A stretch of DNA of 64,000 bases from the NCBI GenBank assembly GCA_963804165.1, contig CAWDPO010000033.1, positions 32,001-96,000 of the forward strand, read 5' to 3'. Positions within the stretch are counted from its first letter, which is position 1. Each line of letters opens with the position of its first letter. This document shows positions 31,866 through 41,535 of this stretch, in pieces. The DNA is from an uncultured delta proteobacterium (lineage in GTDB: Bacteria; Desulfobacterota; Binatia; UBA9968). Both the position numbers and the translations under genes were made by a program. The notes beneath the pieces are model-generated. The model had not been told where the DNA came from. It searched no databases and worked only from the letters and a program-made list of their open reading frames with translations.

Positions 31866-32832
31866 GGCAGGAAGCGTTGTTCTCGTTGTCACCCTCGCAA
31901 TGTGCGGAGCGGTCGCCGAGGCGCAGCAGTCGCGAAAGCTTCCCACCATCGGGATGCTCTACCCCGACTCGAAGCCTGGGGTTTGTCCCGACGGATTCGT
32001 ACAAGGAATGCGGGAACTAGGCTATGTGGATGGGCAGAACATCGTCATCAAATTCCACTCCGGTGAGTCGAAGCCCGAGCGGTTCCGGGAGGTCGCTGCC
32101 GATGTAGTCCGAAATGCGCCCGATGTGATCTGGACGCACGGAATCGCCACTCTTCTCGCGGCTAAACAGGCGACCACGACGATTCCCATCGTCGCTGGAG
32201 TTTCCCGCGATCTGGTTGAACAAGGGATTGTGTCCAGTTTAGCGCGTCCTGGCGGCAACATCACCGGGATGGAGTTGCGGGACCTAGAGATCATCGGAAA
32301 ACGGCTGGAGATCCAAAAGGAAACGGTACCCAAGGCCGCCCGCGTGGCGGTGCTAATTGATACCAACGATCCTAGCCACGCCAGTATCCTAAAAAAAATC
32401 GAGCCGGAAGCCCACGCATTGAACGTACGTCTTCAGCGCGTGGAGGCGAACTCTGATAAGGCCTTGGACAAGGCATTCTCAACCATGATGCAAGGCGGCG
32501 CCGGCGCGCTTTTAATCCCGGAAAATGCCATGTTTTCGGCAAACCGACAACGCATCGCTGAGCTGGCGATCAGCAAGCGACTGCCAGCCGCAGGCGGTGG
32601 TTCGCATTTTGCCGACGCCGGAAGCTTGCTGTCTTACGGCGCCAACGTTGGCGACCTGTGCCGGCGCTCCGCTACTATTGTGGACAAGATCCTGAAAGGC
32701 AGAAAGCCGGCAGATCTGCCGTTGGAACGGGCCGAGAAGTTCGAGCTCGTCGTCAATTTGAAAACGGCAAGGCAAATCGGCGTAACGATTCCGCCGACTG
32801 TACTGGCGCGGGCGGATCGAGTCATTAGATGA
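31774..32832 (+). CDS. ABC substrate-binding protein (ABC_sub_bind / putative Trp-Tyr binding type)
   Basis: LGYVDGQNI, SLARPGGNITG, GSLLSYG, KILKGRKPADLP, LARADRVIR. Confidence 0.85.
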   Translation: MEQQNMNVQFQVRWLDSISRNRKSRIQNLKSAGSVVLVVTLAMCGAVAEAQQSRKLPTIGMLYPDSKPGVCPDGFVQGMRELGYVDGQNIVIKFHSGESKPERFREVAADVVRNAPDVIWTHGIATLLAAKQATTTIPIVAGVSRDLVEQGIVSSLARPGGNITGMELRDLEIIGKRLEIQKETVPKAARVAVLIDTNDPSHASILKKIEPEAHALNVRLQRVEANSDKALDKAFSTMMQGGAGALLIPENAMFSANRQRIAELAISKRLPAAGGGSHFADAGSLLSYGANVGDLCRRSATIVDKILKGRKPADLPLERAEKFELVVNLKTARQIGVTIPPTVLARADRVIR

Positions 32833-32878
32833 CAGTGGTCAGTTATCAGTTACCGGCTGACAACACGGGAGCGAACTA

Positions 32879-33862
32879 ATGGGCGGAAAAATCATAGTCT
32901 GGCTACTGACAACTGTCTTGCTGAACGCCGCTCTTTTCGCCGAGGCGCAGCAGCCAGCTAAGATCCCGCGGATCGGAATCCTAATTGGCAGTTCACCTTC
33001 CGCCAACGCAGCCCGCATCGAGGCATTCCGGCAGGGTCTGCGCGAGCTTGGATACGTGGAAGGAAAAAATATTTTCATTGAATTTCGGTCGGCGGAGGGA
33101 AAATTCGATCGGCTGCCCGACCTTGCAGCCGAACTGGTGCGTCTCAAGGTAGACGTCATAGTCACGACAGGTCCGATTATTAACCGTCCTGCCAAGGAAG
33201 CAACTTCTATGATTCCCATTGTCATGGGGTTTGATAATGACCCCGTTAGCAATGGGTTCGTCGCCAGCCTTGCACGGCCCGGCGGTAACATGACTGGATT
33301 GTCCACCCTCGCCCCGGAGATAACCGGAAAACAACTGGAGCTTCTGAAGGAGGTAGTCCCCAGACTTTCCCGCGTGGCTGTCTTCGGAAACTCGAAAGAA
33401 CCGGCGACCGCGCAAATACTAAAGGAGATCGACCTCACCGCCGGAGCGTTGGAAATGAATTCTCAACACCTAGACGTGCTAAGTCCCAAGGATATCGAGA
33501 CCGCATTCCGCGCTGCAAGAAAGGGACGTGCGGAGGCAGTTCTCGTCCTGGGAGCCTTTTTTTTCAATCCTCACCGTGCGCAGATTGCCGAACTCGCGGT
33601 GGGGAGCCGGCTTCCGGCCATATACAACGCGGTAGAATGGGTGGAAGCCGGAGGGCTCATGAGCTATGGCACCAGCTTCCCGGACTTGTTTCGGCGCGCC
33701 GCCACCTATGTAGATAAGATTTTAAAAGGCGCCAAGCCCGCCGATCTCCCCGTGGAGCAGCCGAAGAAGTTCGAGTTGATCATCAATCTGAAAGCGGCAA
33801 AGCAGATCGGCCTGACGATTCCGCCGAACGTGCTGGCCCGGGCGGATAGAGTGATCAAATGA
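32879..33862 (+). CDS. ABC substrate-binding protein (ABC_sub_bind type)
   Basis: LGYVEGKNI, SLARPGGNMTG, GGLMSYG, KILKGAKPADLPVEQP. Confidence 0.88.
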   Translation: MGGKIIVWLLTTVLLNAALFAEAQQPAKIPRIGILIGSSPSANAARIEAFRQGLRELGYVEGKNIFIEFRSAEGKFDRLPDLAAELVRLKVDVIVTTGPIINRPAKEATSMIPIVMGFDNDPVSNGFVASLARPGGNMTGLSTLAPEITGKQLELLKEVVPRLSRVAVFGNSKEPATAQILKEIDLTAGALEMNSQHLDVLSPKDIETAFRAARKGRAEAVLVLGAFFFNPHRAQIAELAVGSRLPAIYNAVEWVEAGGLMSYGTSFPDLFRRAATYVDKILKGAKPADLPVEQPKKFELIINLKAAKQIGLTIPPNVLARADRVIK

Positions 33863-35109
33863 TTTTTGATTGGAGAAGAGAGCGCACGCAGCGATATTCG
33901 CTTGACGATCTTAGGTTCAATGCTCGTTCTAATCGTCATTCCGGCCAAGCTGGCAATAGCTGGCGAGAGCCGGGATCCAGACGATTTCTCAGAACCTGGA
34001 TTCCCGCGCGCGCGCAAATGACATTGCTGGCGTACGCGATTCTTCCACTGCTCCATGTGATTGCAATTGCCGCTGAGGTGCCCAAGTGGAAAGAAGAATG
34101 GACGCGGGTGGTGGATGGCGCCAAGAAAGAAGGGCAGCTGTCGCTTTACGGCGGACAAGAGATCACGCATCCAGATATCACGTCCGCCTTCAACAAAGAA
34201 TTTCCGTTCATTAAGATTACCTCCGCGAGCGGACGTGCCGCGGATATGATGACGCGGATCGTCGCCGAGCGTCGCGCGGACAAATATCTCGCCGATCTGA
34301 CTGCCAGTGGGCCCAATGGACCGCGCATGCTTTATTTGAACAAGATGCTCGATCCGATCACGCCAGCCTTTATCCTTCCGGAGGTTACGGATACGTCGAA
34401 ATGGTATGGCGGGAGACATTGGTACGCGGACCCGGAGAACAAATATATCTTCATGTTCGAAGGCACGATCGTGACCACGGGCCTCTCTGTGAATACCAAG
34501 TTGTTGAATGCTGACGAGATCAAGTCCTATTGGGACTTGCTTCAGCCCAAATGGAAAGGAAAACTTCTCGGCCAAGACCCTCGCGGGGCGGCTTTGCTGA
34601 CACCGGTGCTGATTCTCTATCATCGCGCCGGACTCGGTGTCGATTTCGTCCGGCGGCTTTACACGGAGACCGACATCACTCTGTTTCGCGATCGGCGCCA
34701 GGGAACCAATTGGCTGGCCACGGGCAAATTCCCGGTGTGTCACTTGTGCCGCGAGATCGACAAGGCGGCGCAGCAAGGTCTGCCGGTCGAAGATATTCCT
34801 CCTGAAAAATTGAAGGAGGGTGGAACCATCGGGGGCGGCGGCAGCAGCGTTTTGGCGCTGATCAATCGTGCGCCGCATCCGAACGCGGCGAAGGTTTTCA
34901 TCAATTGGTACTTGTCGCGCCAAGGACAAATGGTTTGGCAGAACGTGATGAACAAGAAGGAAGTCGAAGCGTCGGATTCGATGCGCATCGATATTCCGAA
35001 GGATGACGTGTTGGCCGACGGCAAGCGAGTGGCGGGCCGGGAGTATCAAGTGATCGGTTTTCTCGATCCCGAGCCGGTGCAGAAACTGTTGCAGGAGATT
35101 TTGAGGTAG
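33859..35109 (+). CDS. Extracellular solute-binding protein (paralog 8); start at 33859 or 34018
   Basis: Family scaffold motifs, QEITH shared with paralog 2, CHLC motif. The N-terminal extension contains a REP-like element. Confidence 0.83.
   Translation: MIFDWRRERTQRYSLDDLRFNARSNRHSGQAGNSWREPGSRRFLRTWIPARAQMTLLAYAILPLLHVIAIAAEVPKWKEEWTRVVDGAKKEGQLSLYGGQEITHPDITSAFNKEFPFIKITSASGRAADMMTRIVAERRADKYLADLTASGPNGPRMLYLNKMLDPITPAFILPEVTDTSKWYGGRHWYADPENKYIFMFEGTIVTTGLSVNTKLLNADEIKSYWDLLQPKWKGKLLGQDPRGAALLTPVLILYHRAGLGVDFVRRLYTETDITLFRDRRQGTNWLATGKFPVCHLCREIDKAAQQGLPVEDIPPEKLKEGGTIGGGGSSVLALINRAPHPNAAKVFINWYLSRQGQMVWQNVMNKKEVEASDSMRIDIPKDDVLADGKRVAGREYQVIGFLDPEPVQKLLQEILR
33934..34023. repeat. CGTC REP-like element within the 5' end of an SBP ORF
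   Basis: CGTCATTCCGGCCAAG...GGATCCAG...CTGGATTCCCGC...AATGACA; a sister copy is intergenic at 40244-40318. Confidence 0.72.
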
Positions 35110-35377
35110 TCATTGGCGTTGACCACGAAGCGCACGAAGGTCACGAAGTTAAAAAATTCGGATCGGAATTTTGCCGCAGAGACCGTATGCAAAGTCGGGA
35201 TCGAGTACCGCGATGTTCGAAATCGATTTCCAGTTCCTTCCCCCATCGATGGGGGAAGGTTAGGATAGGGGTGATCCGTTGATCACGACCGATGCGCTGC
35301 ACCCCCACTCTAACTCTCCGCCGTCGAGGGGGAGAGAATAAGATTCTGGACGCGGAAATTCGCAGAAGGAGACTCAT

Positions 35378-36319
35378 ATGTCGGAACAAGAAACGATGGA
35401 GATTCGCGGTTTGTTCCGCTCTCACTCTCACCTGCCAATTTGGGAAGTGATGGAGAAAGCGGGGATCTGGGAACAAAACGGTCTCAAAGTCAGCTTTGAA
35501 TTTTGCGATAGCTCGGAGGCGGCGGAGAAGGCGCTTTTCGGCGGCGATGTCGATTTCGTTTCCGGCAATCACATTTCGCCGTATCTTTTGGTCAAACGCG
35601 GCAAGCCGATTGTATGTCTCAGCTCGCCCTCGAATTCCGTAAACGACCGGTTGGTGACGCGCTCGCCGGTGAAGCAAGTTTCGGAGCTGCGCGGCAAGCG
35701 GATCGGCGACACGACGCTCGTCGACTCCATCGGCGGTTATCATCATCCGCGCGGCAATCACATGCTCTATGTAATGCGCGGCGGATTGAAATTAGACGAA
35801 GTAGAGTGGGTCGAACTGTCTGAATCGAACAACGAGTTCAAAGCGATGCAAATGGACGCCCTCAAATCCGCCAAAGTCGATGCCATCTTCGTTACCGGTA
35901 ACACGGACAAGTTCGAGCAAGCCGGATTACATGCGCTGGCGTTGGATCGGCTGCCGATGATCAACGGTCCAACATTGACTTCAACATTGACCACACTGGA
36001 GAAGAAAGAAGGTTTGGCGGAACGGCTGGTTAAAGCGCAGTTAATGGGTATTCATTTTGCGCGCACCCGCAGAGGAGAAACCGAACAAATTCTCGAAGGC
36101 CTGCGGCAGCGCGAACCGGAATGCAAAAGCGTCCAATACCGAAGCGTATCAAAGCTGTTGCCAAAACCTTATCCGGATCATGAAGCGGTGGCGAACGCCT
36201 ACAGATTGTGCTGCTTGAAAAATCCCGAGACGGAAGAGCAAAGCCCGATGGCGTTGTGGGACTTGCATTATCTCAGGCGCTTGGACAACTCGGGATTTAT
36301 CGACGATTTATATAAATAG
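35378..36319 (+). CDS. Signal-less NMT1/SsuA-fold protein (paralog of 21940)
   Basis: GAGGAG RBS, no hydrophobic leader; RSHSHLP, SGNHISPY, HHPRGNH, SGFIDDLYK. Confidence 0.8.
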   Translation: MSEQETMEIRGLFRSHSHLPIWEVMEKAGIWEQNGLKVSFEFCDSSEAAEKALFGGDVDFVSGNHISPYLLVKRGKPIVCLSSPSNSVNDRLVTRSPVKQVSELRGKRIGDTTLVDSIGGYHHPRGNHMLYVMRGGLKLDEVEWVELSESNNEFKAMQMDALKSAKVDAIFVTGNTDKFEQAGLHALALDRLPMINGPTLTSTLTTLEKKEGLAERLVKAQLMGIHFARTRRGETEQILEGLRQREPECKSVQYRSVSKLLPKPYPDHEAVANAYRLCCLKNPETEEQSPMALWDLHYLRRLDNSGFIDDLYK

Positions 36320-36456
36320 ATTCATTGTTTAACCATTAAGTATCGCGGCGCTAACATGTGGATTTTGGGTTGACTTCAATCTTCCTATGAGGAAATATCC
36401 AAATGCTTCGGGCGGGTCGATGTTGCTAAAGTGACGCGAGAACGTTGGGAGACTCG

Positions 36457-37590
36457 ATGATTGGCTTTTCAAAAACAGCGAAGCTCTGGTTCGCGCTGCT
36501 TACCGTTGCGAGCGTCTTGTCATTGGCAGCGACGGTTAACGCGGCACAAGCCGAGTAGAGTAAAGAGTGGGAGCAGACACTTGCTGCAGCGAAAAAAGAA
36601 GGACAAGTCACCATCTACATTTACCGCTACGAAGGTCTGCTGCACGATTTCAAGCGCGAATACCCCGGCATCAATGTCGTATGCGGTTACCGGCAGGGGT
36701 AACGACTTGACGACTCGCATCATGGCGGAGCGGCGCGCGGGGAAGTTCATCGCCGACGTTTATAGCGGCGGGACCAACAGTCTCTTCAACATCCTATATA
36801 AAGGTAAAGCGCTCGATCCGATCAAACCGCTTCTGCTGCTTCCCGAGGTGACGGATCTTCTAAGTGGTATGGCAACGAACATCGCTACGCCGACCCGGAA
36901 GGCAAATTTATCTTCGCCTTCATCGGTTCTGCGAGCAATGCGCAGCTGGCGTACCATACTAAGATGGTCGATCCGAAGGAATTTAAATCTTACTGGGACG
37001 TCACCAATCCGAAATGGAAAGGCAAAATCGTTTCCCTCGACCCGAGAGATACGGGACTGGGCGCGACGATGCAGTTTTATTATTATAGCCCGGAGATCGG
37101 TCCAGAGTATCATGAAGAAGTTTTTGGCGGCATGGATATTACCTATGTCAAGAACTTCCAGCAGATGACGAACTGGCTGGCGCAGGGAAAATTCGCTATT
37201 TGCATGGGCTGCAAAGATTCCATGCGAGCAAAAAACCAGGGATTGCCGGTGGACGATTTCGACACCAATCGATGGAAAGAAGGCTCGAGTTTCTCCGCGG
37301 GCGGCGGATCCATGGGCTATATGAATCAGGCGCCGCACCCGAACGCGGCGAAAGTATTTATCAACTGGTTTTTATCGCGCAAAGGACAGATGGCCCTCCA
37401 AAGGCTGGGCGACGTGGACGACCCTGCCAACTCGCGGCGGATCGATATTCCGAAGGATGATATACCGCCGGACAGTCGGTTGCAGTCGGGAATTAAATAT
37501 TTCGACGTTGTCAAGCCGGAGTATGGCGACATGAAGCCAATTTTCGATCTAGCAAAAGAGATTATGGCCACGGCGGAGAAAGGGAAGTAA
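36457..37590 (+). pseudogene. Extracellular solute-binding protein (paralog 9), disrupted
   Basis: ATG 36457 starts the signal peptide MIGFSKTAKLWFALL.... An in-frame TAG at 36556 sits where paralogs have Trp, and frameshifts occur near 36681 and 36860. CMGC motif. Confidence 0.7.
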
Positions 37591-37694
37591 AAGAGATTGC
37601 CGTTCATGTTCTAGGTTCAGGGTTCAAAGTTTGCCCGGAAAGTAGCTGAGCCTTGAGCCTTAAACTTTGAAAGCGGAACAGCGAGGGAGTTTAT

Positions 37695-38861
37695 ATGCTC
37701 ACACGGGAAGAAAATGACATGCTCACCCAAGTCGGTCGTGGCAAACCGGCCGGCGAAATGCTGCGGCGGTACTGGATGCCGGTTGCGTGCGCCGGCGAGC
37801 TCACCGACGAGAAGCCGATCAAGGCATTTCGGCTGCTGGGTGAAGATCTCGTCGTCTATCGCGACAGGAGGGGGCGTTACGGAGTTGTCGGTGAACAGTG
37901 CCCGCATCGCAGCGCCTCGCTGGCGTTCGGCCGTGTCGACGAAGAAGGCATTCGCTGCCCGTATCATGGCTGGAAGTATGACTGCACCGGAAGATGCATT
38001 GAGCAACCCGCAGAGCCCGAAGCGGGTGGATTCAAAGACAAGATCAAGCATATTGCGTATCCGGTTGAAAAAATGGGCGGCTTGTTATGGGCGTATCTGG
38101 GACCGGAGCCGAGGCCGTTGTTGCCGCGCTGGGACGTATTGTGCTGGGAAAACGGCAAGCGCTGGATCGAAAAGCACGAAGTTTATAACTGCAACTGGCT
38201 CCAGCCGATGGAAAACTCGGTGGATCCATCGCATCTGTTCTGGCTGCATGGCGAGACGGCGCACCTGGTCGGCGTCGTCGATAAATATGAGGAAGAGCAC
38301 AACTTCATCCCGTTCGAATATGGAATTCTAAAGCAGCGCCGAACCCCCGGCAGGAAGCCCGGCGAAGGTCCGCAACTCGATCAACATCCTTTACTCTTTC
38401 CAATCACCCTGCGCCACGTGTTTCGCACTTTGAAGACGGACGGGCTGCTGCGCCATAACGTGCAGATCCGCGTGCCGGTGGACGACGCACATACACAGGT
38501 CTTCGTCGTATTTTTCACGCCCACTGATACGGACCACTCACCGGCGGACGGCGACACGCCGTGGGAGTATTTTCCCATTAGGGATGACAAGGGCGAGTAC
38601 CGGCTCGAGCATGTGCTCGTGCAAGACGCGATGGCGTGGGAAACCCAGGGAGCTCCCACGGATCGCACGCGGGAGCATCTCGGAGTTGGCGATGAAGGCA
38701 TCATTCTACTGAGAAAACTCGTGCGCGAGCAGATCGAGATCGTCAGAAAAGGCGGCGAGCCGTTGGGCGTGGTGCGCGACCCCAGCAAGAATGGGCTGAT
38801 TGAGTTCGACGTGATTAACGAGCGTGTGGGGCTATTCGGCAAGCAGCAGAAGGTGGCGTAG
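37695..38861 (+). CDS. Rieske oxygenase alpha subunit
   Basis: CPHRS...CPYHGW; MENSVDPSHLFWLH; QDAMAWETQG. Confidence 0.9.
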   Translation: MLTREENDMLTQVGRGKPAGEMLRRYWMPVACAGELTDEKPIKAFRLLGEDLVVYRDRRGRYGVVGEQCPHRSASLAFGRVDEEGIRCPYHGWKYDCTGRCIEQPAEPEAGGFKDKIKHIAYPVEKMGGLLWAYLGPEPRPLLPRWDVLCWENGKRWIEKHEVYNCNWLQPMENSVDPSHLFWLHGETAHLVGVVDKYEEEHNFIPFEYGILKQRRTPGRKPGEGPQLDQHPLLFPITLRHVFRTLKTDGLLRHNVQIRVPVDDAHTQVFVVFFTPTDTDHSPADGDTPWEYFPIRDDKGEYRLEHVLVQDAMAWETQGAPTDRTREHLGVGDEGIILLRKLVREQIEIVRKGGEPLGVVRDPSKNGLIEFDVINERVGLFGKQQKVA

Positions 38862-39077
38862 TCTCGAGAGAAAGACTGGAGATTTTCTTAGCTCCCATTG
38901 ACTCGCTGTTGTCATTCTAAGGCCCTTCGCTGTGCTCAGCATAAACTCCGCCGGAGAATCTGGACCGATAAGACGAGATCCTTCACTTTGTTCAGGATGA
39001 CACCCGTAATAGGTCGCGGATTACAAGTAATTCCAGGCTATGTGATGATCAGCTAGTATTTTCAGGAGGATTCCCCA

Positions 39078-40181
39078 ATGGCGGAAATGGTGGCACCGAG
39101 CGATCCGGGTCTGAAACCAGAGCGCATCGACACTTATAAAACTTGGCAGGCGGAGCAGAAAATTCCGGTTGTGCGCGGTTTTTTCGTCAGGGATGTGAAC
39201 ACGCTCGAGCTCGAACACTGGGATCTGAAGGGCGTGCCCTGTTCGATGGTTGTGCTCGACGGCACCGGCGGCACCAATGATGCCTACGTGTGTGAAATTC
39301 CGGCCGGCGGCAAAACCAAGCCGCAGCGGCATATGTACGAAGAGATGGTGTACATCACCAAAGGTTACGGCGCGACCAGTGTGTGGCAGCGCAACGGCAA
39401 GAAGCACACCTTCGAGTGGGGACCGGGAAGCATGTTCGCGATGCCGCTCAACGCCGACTATCAGCACTTCAACGCCAGCGGCAGCGAGACGGCGCGCTAC
39501 TTTGCCGTGACCAACTGTTGCTTCGTGATGAATCTGTTTCACAACCCGGACTACATTTTTAACAGCGACTACGCTTTTCTCGACCGCTTCGATCCGCACA
39601 CCGAAGGTTATTTTAGTGGCCAGGGAGAATTGACGGGGCGGTTTTTCTTAACGACGAATTTCGTGTCCGACACCCATACCCTCAAACTCACCGACTACAG
39701 CGAGCGCGGCAAGGGCAGCACGAACATGAAATTCAACCTGGCCAAGAACACCATGGGGGCGCATATCTCCGAGTTCCCGGTGGGCACGTACAAGAAAGGA
39801 CATAAGCACGGCCCCGGCGCGCATGTGATCATTCTTTCCGGCCAAGGTTATTCGGTTCTCTGGCCCGCGGGCGAAACGCCGCAACGGGTCGATTGGGGAC
39901 CGGGCAGTGTGGTCGTACCGCCGGATCAATGGTTCCATCAACATTTCAATTCCGGTGCGGCGCCGGCACGCTACTTGGCGCTACGTTGGAACAACTGGCG
40001 CTACAAGTTCATGCGCTCGCAGGACGGCGAAGGAAGCACTTTCACCAGCGTCAAACTCGGCGGCGGGCAGATCGAGTTCGAAGACGAAGATCCGCAGATC
40101 CACAAAGACTTCGAAGCGGCGATGAAAGCCGTAGGGGCGCGCTGCAACATGCCGTATCATCCAGGTTGCACGGTTGGTTGA
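39078..40181 (+). CDS. Bicupin protein
   Basis: QRHMYEE...YQHFN; GHKHGPG...WFHQHFN. Confidence 0.8.
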   Translation: MAEMVAPSDPGLKPERIDTYKTWQAEQKIPVVRGFFVRDVNTLELEHWDLKGVPCSMVVLDGTGGTNDAYVCEIPAGGKTKPQRHMYEEMVYITKGYGATSVWQRNGKKHTFEWGPGSMFAMPLNADYQHFNASGSETARYFAVTNCCFVMNLFHNPDYIFNSDYAFLDRFDPHTEGYFSGQGELTGRFFLTTNFVSDTHTLKLTDYSERGKGSTNMKFNLAKNTMGAHISEFPVGTYKKGHKHGPGAHVIILSGQGYSVLWPAGETPQRVDWGPGSVVVPPDQWFHQHFNSGAAPARYLALRWNNWRYKFMRSQDGEGSTFTSVKLGGGQIEFEDEDPQIHKDFEAAMKAVGARCNMPYHPGCTVG

Positions 40182-40370
40182 CGGGCAATGGTGTCCGTGA
40201 AATGAAACAAGAAGCGCGAATGTGGCCTCGCGATCGATTCGATCGTCATTCCGGGCACGCTGGCTATAGCTGGCGTGACCCGGAATCCAGGCGATTCAGA
40301 ATAACCTGGATTCCCGCCTATAAGATAGTCGCTACGAATTTAAGATTGATTCTCTAGGGAGGGCACACCA

Positions 40371-41474
40371 GTGACGGAAACTAGACAACAGCCTGCCGAT
40401 CTTAAGCCGGAACGAATCGATAGTTACCGTGAATGGCAGGCGGCGCAGAAAATTCCTGTAGTCAAAGGGTTCTTCGTCGAGGATGTCAATAAAGTCGAGC
40501 TCGCGCCGTGGGATCTCAAGGGCGTGCCTTGCTCGTTCGTGGTTCTCGACGGCACCGGCGGCGTAAACGACGCCTACATCTGCGAGATTCCGCCGCAAGG
40601 CAAAACGAAACCTCAGAAACATCTCTATGAAGAGATGGTCTATGTGACCAAAGGCTACGGCGCCACTTCGGTTTGGCAGAAGGACGGGAAGAAGCATACG
40701 TTCGAGTGGGGACCGGGCAGCTTATTTGCGGTACCGATCAACGCGCACTACCAACATTTCAACGCGAGCGGCAGCGAGGCGGCGCGTTATTTCGCCGTGA
40801 CTAACTCTTGCTTCATGATCAATCTATTTCACAATGTCGATTTCATTTTTGACAACGATTATGCGTTTCTTGACCGCTTCGATCCGAGCACCGAAGGCTA
40901 CTTCAGTGGTCAGGGCGAAGTCACCGGCCGCTTCTTCATGACGACGAACTTCGTGCCGGACACCCACACCATTGGCCTGGCCGACTACAGTGAGCGCGGC
41001 AAGGGCAGCACGAATATGAAGTTCAATCTCGCCAAGCAAACCATGTGCGCGCACATCTCGGAGTTCCCCGTCGGTACTTACAAGAAAGGGCACAAGCATG
41101 GTCCCGGCGCGCACGTCATCATACTCAGCGGACAGGGTTATTCGATTTTGTGGCCGGACGGGGAGCCGATGCAGCGTGTCGACTGGAAGCCCGGCAGCGT
41201 TGTCGTGCCGCCCGATCAGTGGTTCCACCAGCATCTGAATTCCGGCGCCAAGCCGGCGCGCTATCTAGCGCTACGCTGGGGCAGCTGGAAGTTCCGCTTC
41301 ATGCGCATGCAGGACGGTGAAGGCGGCACCTACACCAGCGTGAAGCAAGGCGGCGGTCAGATCGAATTCGAAGATGAAGATCCGCAGATCCATAAAGACT
41401 TCGAGGCGGCGATGAAAGAAGTCGGCGCCGAATGCAATATGGGCTCGTATCATCCCGGCTGTACGTATAAGTAA
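40371..41474 (+). CDS. Bicupin protein (tandem duplicate of 39078)
   Basis: Same length (367 aa) and long identical stretches shared with the preceding gene. Confidence 0.8.
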   Translation: MTETRQQPADLKPERIDSYREWQAAQKIPVVKGFFVEDVNKVELAPWDLKGVPCSFVVLDGTGGVNDAYICEIPPQGKTKPQKHLYEEMVYVTKGYGATSVWQKDGKKHTFEWGPGSLFAVPINAHYQHFNASGSEAARYFAVTNSCFMINLFHNVDFIFDNDYAFLDRFDPSTEGYFSGQGEVTGRFFMTTNFVPDTHTIGLADYSERGKGSTNMKFNLAKQTMCAHISEFPVGTYKKGHKHGPGAHVIILSGQGYSILWPDGEPMQRVDWKPGSVVVPPDQWFHQHLNSGAKPARYLALRWGSWKFRFMRMQDGEGGTYTSVKQGGGQIEFEDEDPQIHKDFEAAMKEVGAECNMGSYHPGCTYK

Positions 41475-41535
41475 TTCTCGCTTCGCTAGGCGTCACCGGA
41501 CGATCGTGGTGACCTTCGCTTCCATGCGGTGCTGA

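Noticed and set aside
36556-36558. Pyrrolysine or amber recoding
   Set aside because: The codon aligns with a conserved Trp (TGG to TAG), the gene has further lesions, and TAG is used as a normal stop elsewhere in the window.
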